DNA of 48,371 nt. Source: Chromera velia (lineage: Eukaryota). Of the stretch, positions 48,008-48,371 are shown piece after piece. The DNA is taken from assembly GCA_018398765.1 (NCBI GenBank), contig JAHBMJ010000414.1, positions 1 through 48,371 on the forward strand, written 5' to 3'. How positions within the stretch are numbered: the first letter of the stretch is position 1; each line of letters opens with the position of its first letter. Under the pieces are notes generated by a model, which was not told the origin of the DNA, made no database searches, and saw nothing but the letters and a program-made list of their open reading frames with translations. The translations under genes and the position numbers were made by a program.

Positions 48008-48371
48008 TGTCCCCAGCCGGATAATTTGAATTCCAAGGCACTCACCCTTTTCGCGGGCGCGAGTCATATGGCGCGGCGCGCGCAAGGCACTCACCCGTAG
48101 CGTTTGCGTAAGGAGGTAGCTCCTCTTCTCCTAAGTGAGCGCACTTAGTTAGGTTAGATCTCTACTACGGAAAGTCTGTCAGTGCAAGGTTCACTTCCAA
48201 ACTGCTTCTAGAAGCTTTGCAAGCAACTGTTGTTTACTCAATTCAGGCTATACGCAGCTGACTGAATTAATTCTACTTTATTTCTATTTTATTTAATTCT
48301 CTTCTAATACAGACTGGCATGGCGGCGCCTCCATGAGCCTGCGTGCATGTGTTAGTCTCTGAGCTGCGGGC

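Noticed and set aside
47845..48096. CRISPR-like appearance of repeat-spacer arrays (also 19068-19157)
   Set aside because: Repeats are 12-18 bp with spacers of 0-10 nt, the 14-bp repeat has only two copies, no cas genes, eukaryotic context.

Overview
Eukaryotic, intron-rich nuclear DNA, most likely a chromerid alga such as Chromera velia. This is inferred from the apicomplexan-type nuclear ATP synthase subunit c, TGCATGCA-rich promoters, microsatellite-filled introns and a CBM20-ankyrin gene. I can support nine genes in strictly alternating orientation: atp9 (-), a ~20-exon myosin VI-like motor (+), a small Tim chaperone (-), a 4-TM membrane protein (+), a CLN5 homologue (-), EMG1/Nep1 (+), a large low-complexity hypothetical protein (-), a frameshifted CBM20-ankyrin gene (+) and a triple-C2 protein (-). 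Tail-to-tail intervals hold AT-rich transposon debris (three TIR elements with target-site duplications, short-unit arrays, a DEAD-box relic), and a 5'-truncated RLE-type non-LTR retroelement sits between atp9 and the myosin. The best finding is a three-exon gene, split across separate ORFs in the track, whose spliced product matches CLN5 (lysosomal BMP synthase / S-depalmitoylase) with an intact His-Glu-Cys triad. Also notable: an insert-2-like segment in the myosin, a GTYNGT-skewed splice donor, and a C-to-T decay signature confined to repeats. All gene models were spliced by eye and homologies are from recalled motifs, not searches. No prokaryotic system, CRISPR array, tRNA or rRNA was seen.
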